A stretch of 63,989 bases of DNA, filler included, from Perkinsus olseni (Eukaryota), in assembly GCA_013115125.1 (NCBI GenBank). It is 3 parts of 3 records of this genome, joined end to end, with 100 filler letters (N's around TTAATTAATTAA, not from the genome) between each part and the next. Parts side by side here need not be neighbours in the genome. Positions count along the whole stretch, not along the records: positions 1 to 22,021 come from JABANN010000550.1; 2 more parts are not named here. The stretch is one strand, 5' to 3'. The notes beneath the pieces were generated by a model. The model saw only the letters and a program-made list of their open reading frames with translations. It was not told the DNA's origin and made no database searches. The translations under genes and the position numbers were made by a program. Shown here one piece after another: positions 1 to 11,870 of this stretch. Positions within the stretch are counted from its first letter, which is position 1; each line of letters begins with the position of its first letter.

Positions 1-836
1 GAACGACAATTGAGTTCGCTCCCGGGAGCGCTCCTGCAAAGTTTCAAGAGCGAGTCTATTGAACACAATTCCACACGAGAGTCTGAATTTATTGCCTTCG
101 CCCACCACACTGTAACCGCCTTCCGAAGGTGACCTTCGGAGCGAAAATTTCACTAACTGTGAATTCTGGTTAAGTTAAACCTTCCTTCAATATTTCTCGG
201 GTCTCGACATCACGAGCGCGCCTGGAAGGAGCAGACGAGGCCCTCGTCACGAGGGGCCTCAGAGGGCACTCTTCGCATTCGGCATCGATAGACGCAAGAG
301 TCGCTACAGTCCGGATTGCAAGCCTGGGCCAGGGGCCTCTTCAAAAATCTCTTCAAGGACGGATTATTGAGCTCCTTACTCACGGAAAACGCTTTCAAAA
401 TCCTCCTTTTGGAGCCCAAGGAAAAGTTCTCTGAACCACCGACTGCTCGAGCTTTAAGAGCCCTGGCTAGAGAAGCCCTTCACTAAGGAAGCTTTCCTGA
501 AAGAGCATCGTTCCTGCACGCTTGAATGCGTAAGAAGGTCGTAACCTGTTTCAAAAGCCCGCTCTCTCCATGAACTGTTCGTTCTCTGCTCCCGGTAGGC
601 CGCCGGCGCCCCTGTTACAGCCACCCTCATCAAGGACTCAGTTATGTTACCAAGCCGTCTCTCATGTCTTCACCGGTGCACGATCCCCCCGTGCCGTTCC
701 ATCTCGGTAGTTCCATCCAGTGGCCGTGTCCAGAGCTCATTTGATGATGATGATGAGGTGCGGTCCGGGGTGAACGCCGTCCGGTCGCTCGCTCCGATGC
801 CTTCCAGCGGCCGAGCTTCGCCATCAGGACACCCGT

Positions 837-3490
837 ATGCCCCATCTTGTCGTCTCCGAGATGCGATCGAAGCTCGAGGCCTGCTTGCGGACTAACGACC
901 TCAACAGAGCACAGGAGTTCATCGAAGAGGAGCGAAGGAAAATTCAAAAGTATTTCACGCGTTCACGAAGTTTTCACGTAAACTCGACGGCTGGCAGACC
1001 CTTCCCGGCAGAAGACTTGACGGCCGCCCTCTGTGCTTTAGTGGACATGAGTGGAGAGCCCGGCGATGCTGTCGCGAGGGTGCTTATGGAGCTCTTAGGT
1101 GAGTAGTGGAAGCTAATGGTGGTGATTGATGTGTCTTCAGCGGGGGACTTAGCGTTGATGTACGTGAAGTTGTCAGAGTCGGAGTTGCTCAGAGCTTTCC
1201 AAGCTTGCATTTCTCTTGACGACAGGTGGGGAGCTCATCAGTCGTCCGTTGTTACGTGTGGCCTCAGATCCGATGTCTCCTTCGTCAGCGTAATGATAGC
1301 GATGCAGGACCATGTATCAAGGAAGAAGTCAAAGTTCATGTCGAGCCACGGTGAGTGGTACGAGTTTCTTGCCCTCCTCCATATCGATACTGAGAAGAGG
1401 AGGCTGTGAGGTCACGAGGATACGAACCATCGGCGCCATGAAGACTTATAATATTCATGTATAGCCGTGATGGCGCCGACTATCTCCGCTGGATCGTAGA
1501 AGGCCCGTCGGAAAGGGTATAGCCACTTGTAGTTTGTGACGAAAAATTAATCCAACATGCATGAGTTTGGCCACCATGCCACGTGATTCAAGGCGGCGCT
1601 CACTGATTCATCACGGCTTTAATAGTTCGGTCGCCCTTCTCTCGTCACGTGAAGTAGTGGCTTCAGTTCATTATTACAATATGATAATTCGACCGCCGTT
1701 CTCACGCCAAATAGTTGCATTTTTCCGTTATCACAACTGCTGTATGGCCCATCCCGCTGAAGTGTCCTCTCAGCCCTCGCCACCCTGGCCGCCTCATCAC
1801 TTCGCCGCGAGGAGCTCATTCGAGCGGAATTTCTCGTACCCATCGCAAAAGAGATCTTCAACCGTGGTGCGAAGGATGGCGGTGGGAAGAAGGACGGCCT
1901 GCGGGGACTCTGGACTAAAGCTGTTCCGGGGGTAGTACTGTTGTAATGAAGGGTCGTTCACCGATCTCTGGATTGATTACGATCTCGTGAAGCATAACGG
2001 CCGATACCGCTGCGATTCTCTCACTGTGGCTCGGAGGTCTCGATAGCATTTCGTAAGTTAATTTCTATATGAAAATTTTCTACTAATTTGATATGCTTTG
2101 TCTGTTCGATGATGTTTATAATATGGACAAGCATATAAGATTATGATATGGTCATCGTGTGGTATCTGTCTCCCTCTTCTCAAATAGGAAACATGAAATG
2201 AAGATTATTTATAAGATTGGGTATTATTAGACTCTCCCTCTTTTGGTGTCTCTCTGTACGTGGTGATCCGCGTGCATTTCCTGCGTTAATGGTATCGTTA
2301 TAATAGTATCATTATCGTATTAATGGTATGCTACTGGTATCGCACTGGAAGCTGTCTTTTCACGACAGCCCTTCCCCGCACGCCGCATCGCTCGACGATC
2401 GATTGTCCTTCGCGCTCCTTCATTTGGTCGCGAGGGATCGGATATGGGTGCCTGTCTTCAGACGGCGCTCCTCTCCTTCTGTGACACCTATTCGACCGCC
2501 ATCCTCAAAACGGGCATGCTCTGCGACACCAATATCTTCTGGTTGCTTCTCGCTTACCTTCGGACGCGGACGCAGGAATATCGACCTGCCGAAATCGCTA
2601 GAGGCTTGCGCATTTGCCACCGCCACGGCTGTATCTCCCAAGACGTCGTTCGTGGTATAATCGATCGCGTGATCGATATCCTGCGTGACTTTACTGGTCG
2701 GGAGATCGTCACCTTCGTGGATGCTGTCACTCGCTTTGGCTGTACTGATGACTCCCGCCTGGCCTTCTCCAGAATAGCTCTGGACGTGGCCGTCGGCGAC
2801 ATCAACAGCCTGCGACCCTCTGATGTGGCAACTCTGTTGGTCGGCCTCTCGAGGTTCACAGGGAACCGACTCAAAACGCTTGACTGTGCGTGCGTGCAAA
2901 GATTCGTTGACAAGTTGGCAGACGCGGAGGTCGAGCCTGGGGAAGTGAGACCCTTCGAAATTGTAGAGCTGCCAAAGTGTCTCTTGCGAAATAGCATACT
3001 TCACGAGGGGCTTTTCCAGCGGTATTATGGGATAGCATGCGGGAGAATATCCGTTGAGGAAATGCAAGATACCAAGAAAGAGCTTCTGAGTGCGGCGCAG
3101 GTGGTCTCGATTTTTATTACCTACAGCAAGGCCGGTTTTTCCAATCGCCAATTGGCAGCAAAACTCGGTCAAGTGCTCGCTGAGACGGCCGTGGTGATGG
3201 AGTTCAGAGCAGCGCAGCTTCTTGCGGTTTACAGAGCAATCAATCGGCTGGCATCGGCGGAGCGAAGCGCGTTTTTTGCCGCTGTCTTGGACCAAATCAA
3301 CAGATGCGTCTATCAGTTAGTGGCACTGGGGGAGCTAGAGGTGTCAAAAAGCCTCGCCCTCTTGGAGGCAGGAGCGCTCAAGCTGGAGTGTGGCACGGTG
3401 CTTATCCAGCACACACTGAGCCAATCGAACGATGAAAAGATTCGGCATGAGGTAGAGAAATTAATTGAAGCTGCGGAGAGACCTCCATAG
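837..3490 (+). CDS. Hypothetical alpha-helical repeat-like protein. The large last exon is 2444-3490; upstream fragments 837-1409 may belong to the same multi-exon gene
   Basis: The 348-aa ORF is Leu/Ala-rich with recurring helical-repeat-like segments (RPAEIARGLRIC, RPSDVATLLVGLSRF, SAAQVVSIFITYSKAGF, RAAQLLAVYRAINRL), reminiscent of organellar RNA-binding helical repeats. The linkage to upstream exons is inferred. Confidence 0.5.
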
Positions 3491-3687
3491 CCCGAATGGT
3501 TGTGTTTCTGTGGCCACAGGGTGTTGAGCTAGTTTACTATCGGGTGTCGAGGAGGATGGGACGACAAGTACCCGACTCGGTGATGTCGGTAAGTGGATTG
3601 AGGTGGCAGCACGTCTCCGAGAAAGTATGCTCAAGAGATGGTGGATGAGATCATCTCGAGGGAAGTTGTGTTGCTGTTCTCTGACCC

Positions 3688-4795
3688 ATGGCGGCCACAG
3701 GGTTCCCTTCGGACTCGACCCAGGAACGGGAGCCGTCTGATGAGGAGTCAGACACGGCTGAGGAGATCCTCGGGATATCAGCCAGCGAGCTGACGGACCA
3801 GCGAATCGTGGTGAGGGGAGAGTTTGTGAAATGGAGCCACCGGGAATCGAACCTGGGTTATTGCGTGATTGTATTGAGTTTTATCCGTTGGACCACACTA
3901 CTCATTTTCGACTCAGGACTTCATCAGGAGCAGCATGTCCCGTAACTACTATGCTTCTCGAGAGTGGACGGATGAGTTCTATACTCTACAGGCGTATATG
4001 GGCTGCATCGCCGTGTCCTACCAGAATCGTCTTCTGATGCCAGAGATGCAGAAAAGGTAGGCTTTTCGGTTGCCCTTCTCCCGAACTTGCCAGGGGGATG
4101 CATGTAGGTACTGCATGCTGGACTTTTGCAAGTTACACATACCAAAGAAGATTCGTCGAGCCATTCGGCGGTTGGGCCCCGGGGAGCTGACCATCCGAAC
4201 GACACGGGACCCGAGTGGCGCTGCGATTGAACGAGTGATCAAGGGGATTGCCAGGGCGAATGGGAAGAACAATTGGCTCGGGACAAAGTAAGCTGCTTTC
4301 AGTACCGGGTTCGATCCCGGCACGTGTCATTAATGTCGCCATGTTCTTGAATCAAGGTACGTGACGATTCTGAAACGGATGAATCAGCGTGGACCAATCC
4401 CAGTTGGGGACTCGACGTTTGAAGTTGAGTGCGTCGAAGTCCTCGACTCCACAGGCAAGCTTCTCGCCGGAGAAGTGGGCTACACCATGGGAGCCGCCTA
4501 CACCTCCCTCTCCGGTTTCGTCAACCGGAGAGACCCGCAGTGCTGCCATCGGGCAGTCGGACTTCTACAAATGGTTGCTCTCGCGAAGGTCCTCGAGGAG
4601 AATGGATACGATTTCTGGAATCTTGGTCATCCCCCGTGCGGGGAGCAGATGCGGTACAAAATAGACCTCGGCGGAGACGTTCTGCCGAGAGGGGATTTCC
4701 TGCGGCGGTGGGACCGGGCTCGTGAGAAGCGACCGCAGAAGAGGCTCTCCTTGCAGGACCCTATATGTTTGCGCACTTTGTTACAAGTTTTTTAA
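3688..4795 (+). CDS. Leucyl/phenylalanyl-tRNA-protein transferase-like protein (Aat/ATEL1 family), at least 4 exons, 5' start uncertain
   Basis: Removing GT-AG introns 3811-3916, 4057-4107 and 4288-4356 gives one frame: ...QRIV|DFIRSSMSRNYYASREWTDEFYTLQAYMGCIAVSYQNRLLMPEMQKR|YCMLDFCKLHIPKKIRR...NNWLGTK|YVTIL...VEVLDSTGKLLAGEVGYTMGAAYTSLSGF...GLLQMVALAKVLEENGYDFWNLGH...MRYKIDLGG. These are L/F-transferase family motifs. Confidence 0.85.
3831..3903 (-). pseudogene. Near full-length degenerate tRNA (pseudo-tRNA), antisense within an intron
   Basis: The minus strand reads GAGTAGTG-TGGTCCAACGGATAAAAC-TCAATACAATCACGCAA-TAAC-CCAGG-TTCGATT-CCCGG-TGGCTCCA. A-box, B-box and T-arm are at tRNA spacing, but the anticodon and acceptor stems pair poorly. 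Confidence 0.65.
4301..4329 (+). pseudogene. tRNA 3'-half relic (T-arm) inside the 69-nt intron 4288-4356
   Basis: AGTA-CCGGG-TTCGAT-CCCGG-CACGTGTCA gives a perfect 5-bp T-stem around a B-box-like loop. Confidence 0.55.
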
Positions 4796-5275
4796 CCCAA
4801 GTGTTTGCGTTTCATATCATTATGATGGTTTGCGTGGCCACCTTCGAGGCTCACTGAGAACACGTAGTAGTGTGTTTTTCGCATGCAGTCGTTGGCATAA
4901 CGAAACAGCTGCTGTACACCATACTCTGCGCATTTAACTCGTTATGAGAGTGAGATGGTGAATCAAGACTGTGACGCTCCGTTGTCACGGCGGTCGCCAA
5001 TGAATCGGTGAATCGGTGAATCGACTGGTCTGTCGATGCGGAACTATCCAGTTGAATCCCTCATCCTTCGAGTTGTGAGGAGAGGACTCGGCTCCAACTG
5101 TGCTTTCAAACACGGACATCGTCACCATCAAAGTGGTTCTAAGCATCAGCGAGCCAATGACCACGCTCCTGAAAGTCCAATCGGCACAGACAGTGCAGTA
5201 CTGCCCCCGTCACACACGACCCACCCTAGACTCGTCGAACTCGACTCGTCCCTCACTTCTGCTGTTACTATCGGA

Positions 5276-8200
5276 CTACGTGGCAACAGCAATGCACCGA
5301 ACGAGTAACTCCAATACCAAACACAACTCCGAGGGGCTGAGGGTGGGCAAAAAATACATCGCGTAGATCCGAGCATGCGCTACTCGATGATATAAACAGG
5401 ATGTTGGTAACATCATCAGCATGAGTAGCTCAACAGTGGGGAGCTGTACAACAGGTACCTCTATCTCTACATAAGCATCATTGACGGACGCTAGTTTCGC
5501 TGCTAGATTTGCACTTGTTAACAATTCATGAAGTTCGTCACGCAGGCATGAGCATCTTCTGAGGAGCGACGGAGCATATACCGAAGTCCGTAGGCCTGCT
5601 AGCTGACGACGGATGGTTTGGGGCCGGTTGAGCCACTGCACTTTTACGTACCGTTCGGTTGAAAAACTCGATACTGTAAAGGACAGAAAAGTGGCTACGA
5701 GATTATACAATAGAAAACAATGGGCACATGCTGAGCAGAGGTACAAAGTCATGATGGGGCATGCGACATGACACATCAATAATGATGTAGTAAAAACAAC
5801 CTACGCGAGGTTCGAACTCGGGACCTATCGCCGAAGACTAGCTCTATTGGCTTGAAAGGCGCTCTCTTCGTCTTCGTCAGAGGACCATGCTCGAATCGGC
5901 TTCTTAGTTGGGGACTACGAAGCGGAGAAATTCACGAACCACGTCGAAAGGACGGGATGATGCCAAGTTGAAAAATTGACCAAAAATTCTCACTTTTTTC
6001 GGGTAAGCTTCCACAGCAACTTCAAGCTCGACCTCCGCGCAATGGTACTGTGACACCGATTTACACGGTGAGCCTGAATAAGGAATCATCAGTTTTCATG
6101 CTCATGATATACCATCACTTTGGCTCGCCGCATGACCAACACTGACAGGTGGGGTCTCTCCAAGGCGCTGAAAACCCGAGATTAGCAAGCTTCGACCTAA
6201 GATGCGTCCCACTTTGTGATTGCCGGTGGCATCTCGACGCAGCCGCCGAAGAGCTTCTTCTGCCTCTAGCATTTTAAGCCGGTACCGCTCCTTCTCCAAC
6301 TCTGCGTCCTGAGTCGAGTGAAAACGTAAGGAGTCCACTGAGTAAAATCGCATAACAGTGCTGAACGACCGGTCGTATCCAACTTGAGCTCGCCCAACGC
6401 GCAAAGTCCGCAGCGTTGCAACGACCGCTCTAAAAAATCGCGATCCGCCAGCAAAAAAAGCTGCAAATTAAAATGAAAAAATGCCGTGTTCTACAAGGAG
6501 TCTTCTTCCATTTTGATGTTGTTCGGGCGAAGACTCGCGTGGCATGCTCCTAAATCCCTCCCTGAATTCCAGCTACTACATCGAAGTGGTTCAGAAAAGT
6601 AGCCAACAAACTATAGATTACACATTCAGACTATGGCCCGAAAAAACCGATTTTTCTGCCGGGAAAATACGAAAATTTACGCGGATCCGGCGAGCGATTG
6701 CTATCATTATAAAACCAACGAACGTGTTGACAGACCTCTCCAAGCTCACCTCCAACAGCGAGGTATACATCTTGGCTTTGTCGCTCTCCTGTCCGCACTG
6801 CTGCTGAGCGAACTTGAGCTCTGATTTCAACTTGGCAGTTTGACTGCGCAACTCCGATACCTCAGTAGAGTACTGTTGTGCCTAGAGAGTTTCACCACTT
6901 CCGACGACAATCGCGCGTCGCAATTAAACGTACGGCGGAGTCCAGTTGCTCTACAAGCCAGGCGTCCGCGCTAGTTGGCGTCTTCTGTACACCACGGCGA
7001 GCCTCTTGTAGCTCAGCCATCAACTTGGACGACCGATGTGACTCATCCTGAAGACGACCGCTGCATGACCCGCTCCTGCCTGCATCCAATACCACATTTC
7101 CCGATATTCTCGTGCAACACTATTGGTTACCTATGTATACAGATATTGTTAGATTATCTAGCAGTGTGCTAATATTATATAGACTTACACAACTTATATC
7201 AAATTTATATATTATATTATGGAGATAAATATTATAATATAAACTACAGGTCCATACTTAATTTAACAATACCATTGTGATTTATATTATATAAAACGCA
7301 TTGGCAACACTTTCGACAAGCGCTCTCACAACCTAAGGGCTGCACTGCTGTACACTGACTTAGCCCGACTGTTCATGGCGAGTCCGAACGGCAGGGCCTC
7401 ACTTACTGCAAGCTGATTTCTCATACGATCTCGCTCTTCCTTGATGTGCGCTATCTCCTTCCGAAGACTTCTCTGATCAACTTCATGCATCGCATTCTGA
7501 ACGGCGCATCTTGCTATCTTGCATTTCCTCCACGCTGCCGACCGACCAGGTTCTCAATTTCTCGAAGGAGTTGCCCCTCTCTATCTGGCGAGACGTAGTC
7601 ACGGAATTTTTCTTTCATCTCCTCCCTGGCCTTGGAGGCCGCAGCATAGCGATTTTGCTCCAGTTGGAACTCCTAACAACTTGCAATCTTGCCCTCTCTC
7701 GCATTTCCTCAAACCTTATCACTTTCTGCAGATCAGCATATGCTTTCTCCAGCTTCGTGTATCCTATACACTGAATCAGAGGAGGCAGAATCTTGCAATC
7801 TTGCGTTTCCTCAACGTACCCTAGAGCAGGATGCAAGCTGTACTTGACGCTGTTGGACCCTGCGCGCTTCTCCCTGCCACTTCCGAACTTCTATTTTGAA
7901 CATGTCGACTACTCGCTGCGTTGCGACATGCTGAAATCAATACTAGATGCCACCCGTTTTCCGAACAGCTTCAAAAGGCGTTTGCCTTGGTTGATCGACC
8001 TTAGCGCCAGCGATGCTCATACATAGCGATGCACGATACCATTCAGAAATTTTTTCGGCGAAAGAGAATTAGCATTAGCGAGTGAAGACAACATGCCGTC
8101 ATTCGCCGGCATCATGCTGCTTCAGCGGCGGGCGTGGAAAAGAGAGCTGAGCCCTCTAGAGCTCGGGGGGGTAAAGATTGCATGAACAATCTGACGGTGA

Positions 8201-9177
8201 ACTTGTTTACGGCAACCAAACCTTTTCCGAAATTAGAATGTTGTGGAATACCGCAGCGGAACGAGACTATCACCTCACGCGAAAGATATTTGTCTCGAAA
8301 GGGATGGTACGGAAATTCCCTCCTTTTCGAGCGGCACTTACCTCCTCAGTCTTCTCTTTCAGCTTCTCATTCACCTCTTGCACTTTCTTCTCAAGGCCCG
8401 CGACCTGCACCGAATTTCGCGGCGAGTGACGCTGCTGAAGGCCTCACCTCATTCTGCATGGCCATAATAACGCTGATATGCTCCTTAGTGGACTTCTCCA
8501 TTGACGCCTGGATGTCTCTGTTGCTGCTGCCCAGAGCCTTCACCTTCCTGTCTGCCGCTTTCAACTGAATGAGCATGGAAAATGGGATAACAAAACAGCA
8601 ACCCCTCGCCACGGCTGTCATTCCTAAACTAGCTATAGTGCAATAGCGCGGACGAGCGCTACAGGTACGATCGTGTTATCAAGATATATCTGGTTTCGGC
8701 TTCTTGTACGTCCCCTTTCGTTCCATCTTGTCAGTCACTACTACTTGCCGCGCCTTGAGTCACGTATAAGGAGGTTACTATCCCTACATACTGTGCCGCT
8801 CATCAACGCCCGCTCAACTTGAGTGTGAGCCACGAGAGACGCGCAAACAAAGAGTTCATACTGATGTCTCCCTATCTGTTGCCGGACAACACTGACGTTC
8901 TGTGCACACCACGATACCATGATAGATCGAGATGAGAGATCACAAGAAAATTGTAAACAACGAGGGGGCTAGCATAGAGGATAATGTCACCGATGGCGAG
9001 ATGAGACTCATCGCGGCTAATGCCGGTCGGCCTGGCGGCCAAGACACGACCAATTTCCTTTTCAAATTGCAACGAGCGTTGGTACCACACCCCACCTGAT
9101 TCGACAGATCTTTCCTCGACGCTTGCAGTTGGTCCCGCTCCGATTCCAATTGCCTTATCCTCAGCTCCAGTGACTGC

Positions 9178-9233
<56 letters not shown>

Positions 9234-11160
9234 GAACAACAGTAACGGCCACACACGGTAGCGTAGCAGTCGTACCGATTTCGCACGCTGAAGATCCCGC
9301 AGCTTTGTATTCTTCGCCTGAAGCTCCATCAATTGAGTTTCACTACGGCTCTGCAGCTCCTTCAATGCACTCGAACTGACCGAGTCCTCACCGGCAAGTA
9401 CTTTTCTGACACCTCTAGCTCACCATCGGGCGTCCTCCTCTCCAGACGGAGTCACCTCCGCTTGCGTCTCAGCATCAACTGCTGTCTTCCGCTCAGTCTG
9501 GGAGCTACATGTTACCGTGGCACCTGACCCACAACAAGGCCGCCAAACTTTTGGGGTATCGGTCCGGATCGACCACGAGTGCAACAGCAAGCCCGGGGTA
9601 GGACAGCGGGCTTCTCTCTGTCCGAGGGCAAATATTCTCCGCCCAATAACGCTTCCTTCCGGGATTGTACGGGATCAATTTCTCGCGCTTTTGCTCATAG
9701 TACGTCCAACTCCTATTCCCAATACTATCGTCGAAAATCTATCCACTCAAAGCTCGTCGCCCGCATGCCCTGCCCGAAACTCACCAGCCACAGTCTGAGC
9801 CGCCGCCGCGCGCATTTCTATGGCGTCCAGGAGGGTCTGTACCGCTGCTGGGGAAGTGTCCAGCGTCGTAGTCTGGGCGCCACTTTCAGCGCCTGATGGC
9901 ATCCACTTCCGGCTCTAGCGTCGATGGCAACTCGATCGCTCACCCGGCGACGGTCTCCTGCGGTACTTCGCTCGAATCCGCCGTTTTTCCAGTCGGAAGG
10001 CGGCCTCCACCACCGAAGTCAGGTCATTATAGAGCTGAGAAATTTTCGGATTATTGCCGAGAGGGAAGAATCGGAGCGTCGTCCAATCCCAGTGGGACAC
10101 TGGCAGGGTAAGCCATGGCTGCGGCAATTTCGTGGCGCAGTGACGCTGACACGGAAACTCTATGTATAAATTGAATGTGAAGCACAATTCGAGTAGGATC
10201 AGTATAAAGTTTGAGGAACCGTGAGAAAAAGCAAGATGAACAAGATTTATCACTCACCTTTTCTCTTCCCTTCAGATCTCCTTCACCCTCTTCGCTCGTC
10301 ACACTAGAAGGCCCCTCAGCGCTCATTGCCTCAGCTGCTTGAGGCTGAGGGATCGGACCTGAATCGGAAAAGGAGTCCCCGACCAGTAGCGCACAGCGAC
10401 GGATATTACCATTCGACTCGCCGACTCCGACTGAGCTTCCCTCAGGTAGTGATTCGTCGTTCTAAAAACGACACCCGTGGGGATCGAACCCGGGTCCTCG
10501 GCGACACGCTCACCGTCGCAGGGGCATACATTCGCACGTTCTGATGATGGTGCCACCAAAGGGGCGGGTAGGGGTGCATCAGATGCCCCATTGGAGCATA
10601 GAAGCCGCTGTTCACTCTGAGCCACTTGCTTCACTTGCGCACTCTTGCATTTCCCTTACGCTCCAGTGCGGACTCCTGGCGGTGGCGGGAGCAACAGTGG
10701 CTGATGATGATGCTGCATGTGCTGTGGCAGGAACATCGCCGGTGGGAATCGCGGGGGCGGCAGAGCTCCTTGAGGAGAATGGTAGGTGGCCACCGGCGTG
10801 CCTGACACGAACAACCATTTCTACTGCCCCGTTGTGATAATCGGCTGGCCAAAAAAGTTTAACAACTTCGACTGCACACGACCAGCGAGAAGGTCCACTC
10901 AAGACAAGCGAGCTTCGAAGCAGCCAATGGTGTTGGTTGTCAAGAGGGAAACCTCGAACGCATCGCCCGAAGCCTAACCTGTCGGCTTTGTGCCGTCCAC
11001 TAGTGATTACAGAAGGGAACGGGATGCATGACAATTTGCTGTGATAGAGTCGGACGTCGACGAGGGTGGAGGCGGAACCCGGGTCTTGTGACCCCCCAGT
11101 GGTGATGATTGGACTAATGACCCGACACCAGCTCTCGACCACCGGCGTCTCTCAACCGCA
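5276..11160 (-). CDS. Large multi-exon coiled-coil protein; boundaries approximate and possibly more than one gene
   Basis: A series of minus-strand exons flanked by GT/AG encodes E/K/Q/L/R-rich heptad sequence: MKELQSRSETQLMELQAKNTKLRDLQ, LELRIRQLESERDQLQA, QLKAADRKVKALGSSNRDIQASMEK, ELEKERYRLKMLEAEEALRRLRR. Confidence 0.6.
5792..5850 (-). pseudogene. tRNA relic (3' portion) followed by a T5 run
   Basis: The minus strand reads ...TAGAGC...AGGTC-CCGAG-TTCGAAC-CTCGC-GTAGGTTG-TTTTT, i.e. variable loop, T-arm/B-box and a Pol III-terminator-like T-run. Confidence 0.5.
9177..9239. repeat. (CAA)19-GAA-CAA microsatellite in an intron
   Basis: Read directly. On the minus (coding) strand it is (TTG)n ending just before the acceptor CAG (plus 9174-9176). 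Confidence 0.95.
10462..10513 (-). pseudogene. 52-nt GT-AG intron made almost entirely of a tRNA 3'-half plus T-run
   Basis: The minus strand reads GTGAGCGTGTCGCCGAGGAC-CCGGG-TTCGATC-CCCAC-GGGTGTCG-TTTTT-AG. Removing it joins ...MYAPAT|NDESLPEGSSVG in one open frame. Confidence 0.6.
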
Positions 11161-11804
11161 GTGAGTCTACTGGCTACTTCCAGAGCCTAGCGGTGCGATT
11201 GTAGGAAAAAAACATAGTCGAAAGGATCGCTAGTGAAAGGCTGAGATACCGTTTTCAGTGTCCGGGAAGGCCTCCTCTTCGAAGCTGGCCGTCTGGTCGT
11301 CATAACTCGGCCAGTGGTGATGATGCATAGTTGCCTACAGAAAGAGTGGGTACCGAAGTCCGAGAGCCTTCGCTGTGCGCATATCCTACCTCCATTTCGA
11401 AATGCTCTGCTTGATCGGGGTCACCTACATCCCATGAGATGAATCTTAGGTTGATCCGAGGAGGATGCAGAAGGGCCTCACCAGCGTAGTATCCTTCACC
11501 GTGCTGCTGCCAATCTACCCCATTCTCAAGCGAGTCGTTCTCGACCGGCGGCACGCAGGTAGATGAAACTAAAAGAACCCAAGGATCACCATGAGGCAAT
11601 GCTGCCCTCGCCCGACCCTCGTGGCCCAGCTGCGAAGAACTGAAAGAAGACGGCGGCTGTTGCAGGGTCATCGAGAGTGGCGCTGCTGCTGCTGCTGCTT
11701 CTCCTGAGATTGAGGTCGGCTAGTGTGCCTCAAGCTTGGTTACCTTACCAGCGCCATTGGCCATTCGTGCTTGCGGTGAGTATTGGTAATGTACGGCCTC
11801 CTTC

Positions 11805-11870
11805 ATAGAGCTTTGGAAAGCAGGTTGCCCTTCCATAGGAAAGGTCCCCGGTTCGATCCCCGGTCCCTCC
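11805..11870 (+). pseudogene. Degenerate tRNA (Val-like 3' half)
   Basis: ...GAAAGGTCCCCGGTTCGATCCCCGGTCCCTCC resembles the variable loop and T-arm of eukaryotic tRNA-Val (GAAAGGTCCCCGGTTCGA). The 5' half is decayed. Confidence 0.55.

Noticed and set aside
8872-9379. Poly-Val, poly-Leu and poly-Thr ORFs
   Set aside because: They are read-throughs of the intronic (CAA)n microsatellite.
3831-11870. Functional tRNA genes
   Set aside because: None has intact acceptor and anticodon stems, so they are reported as relics only.
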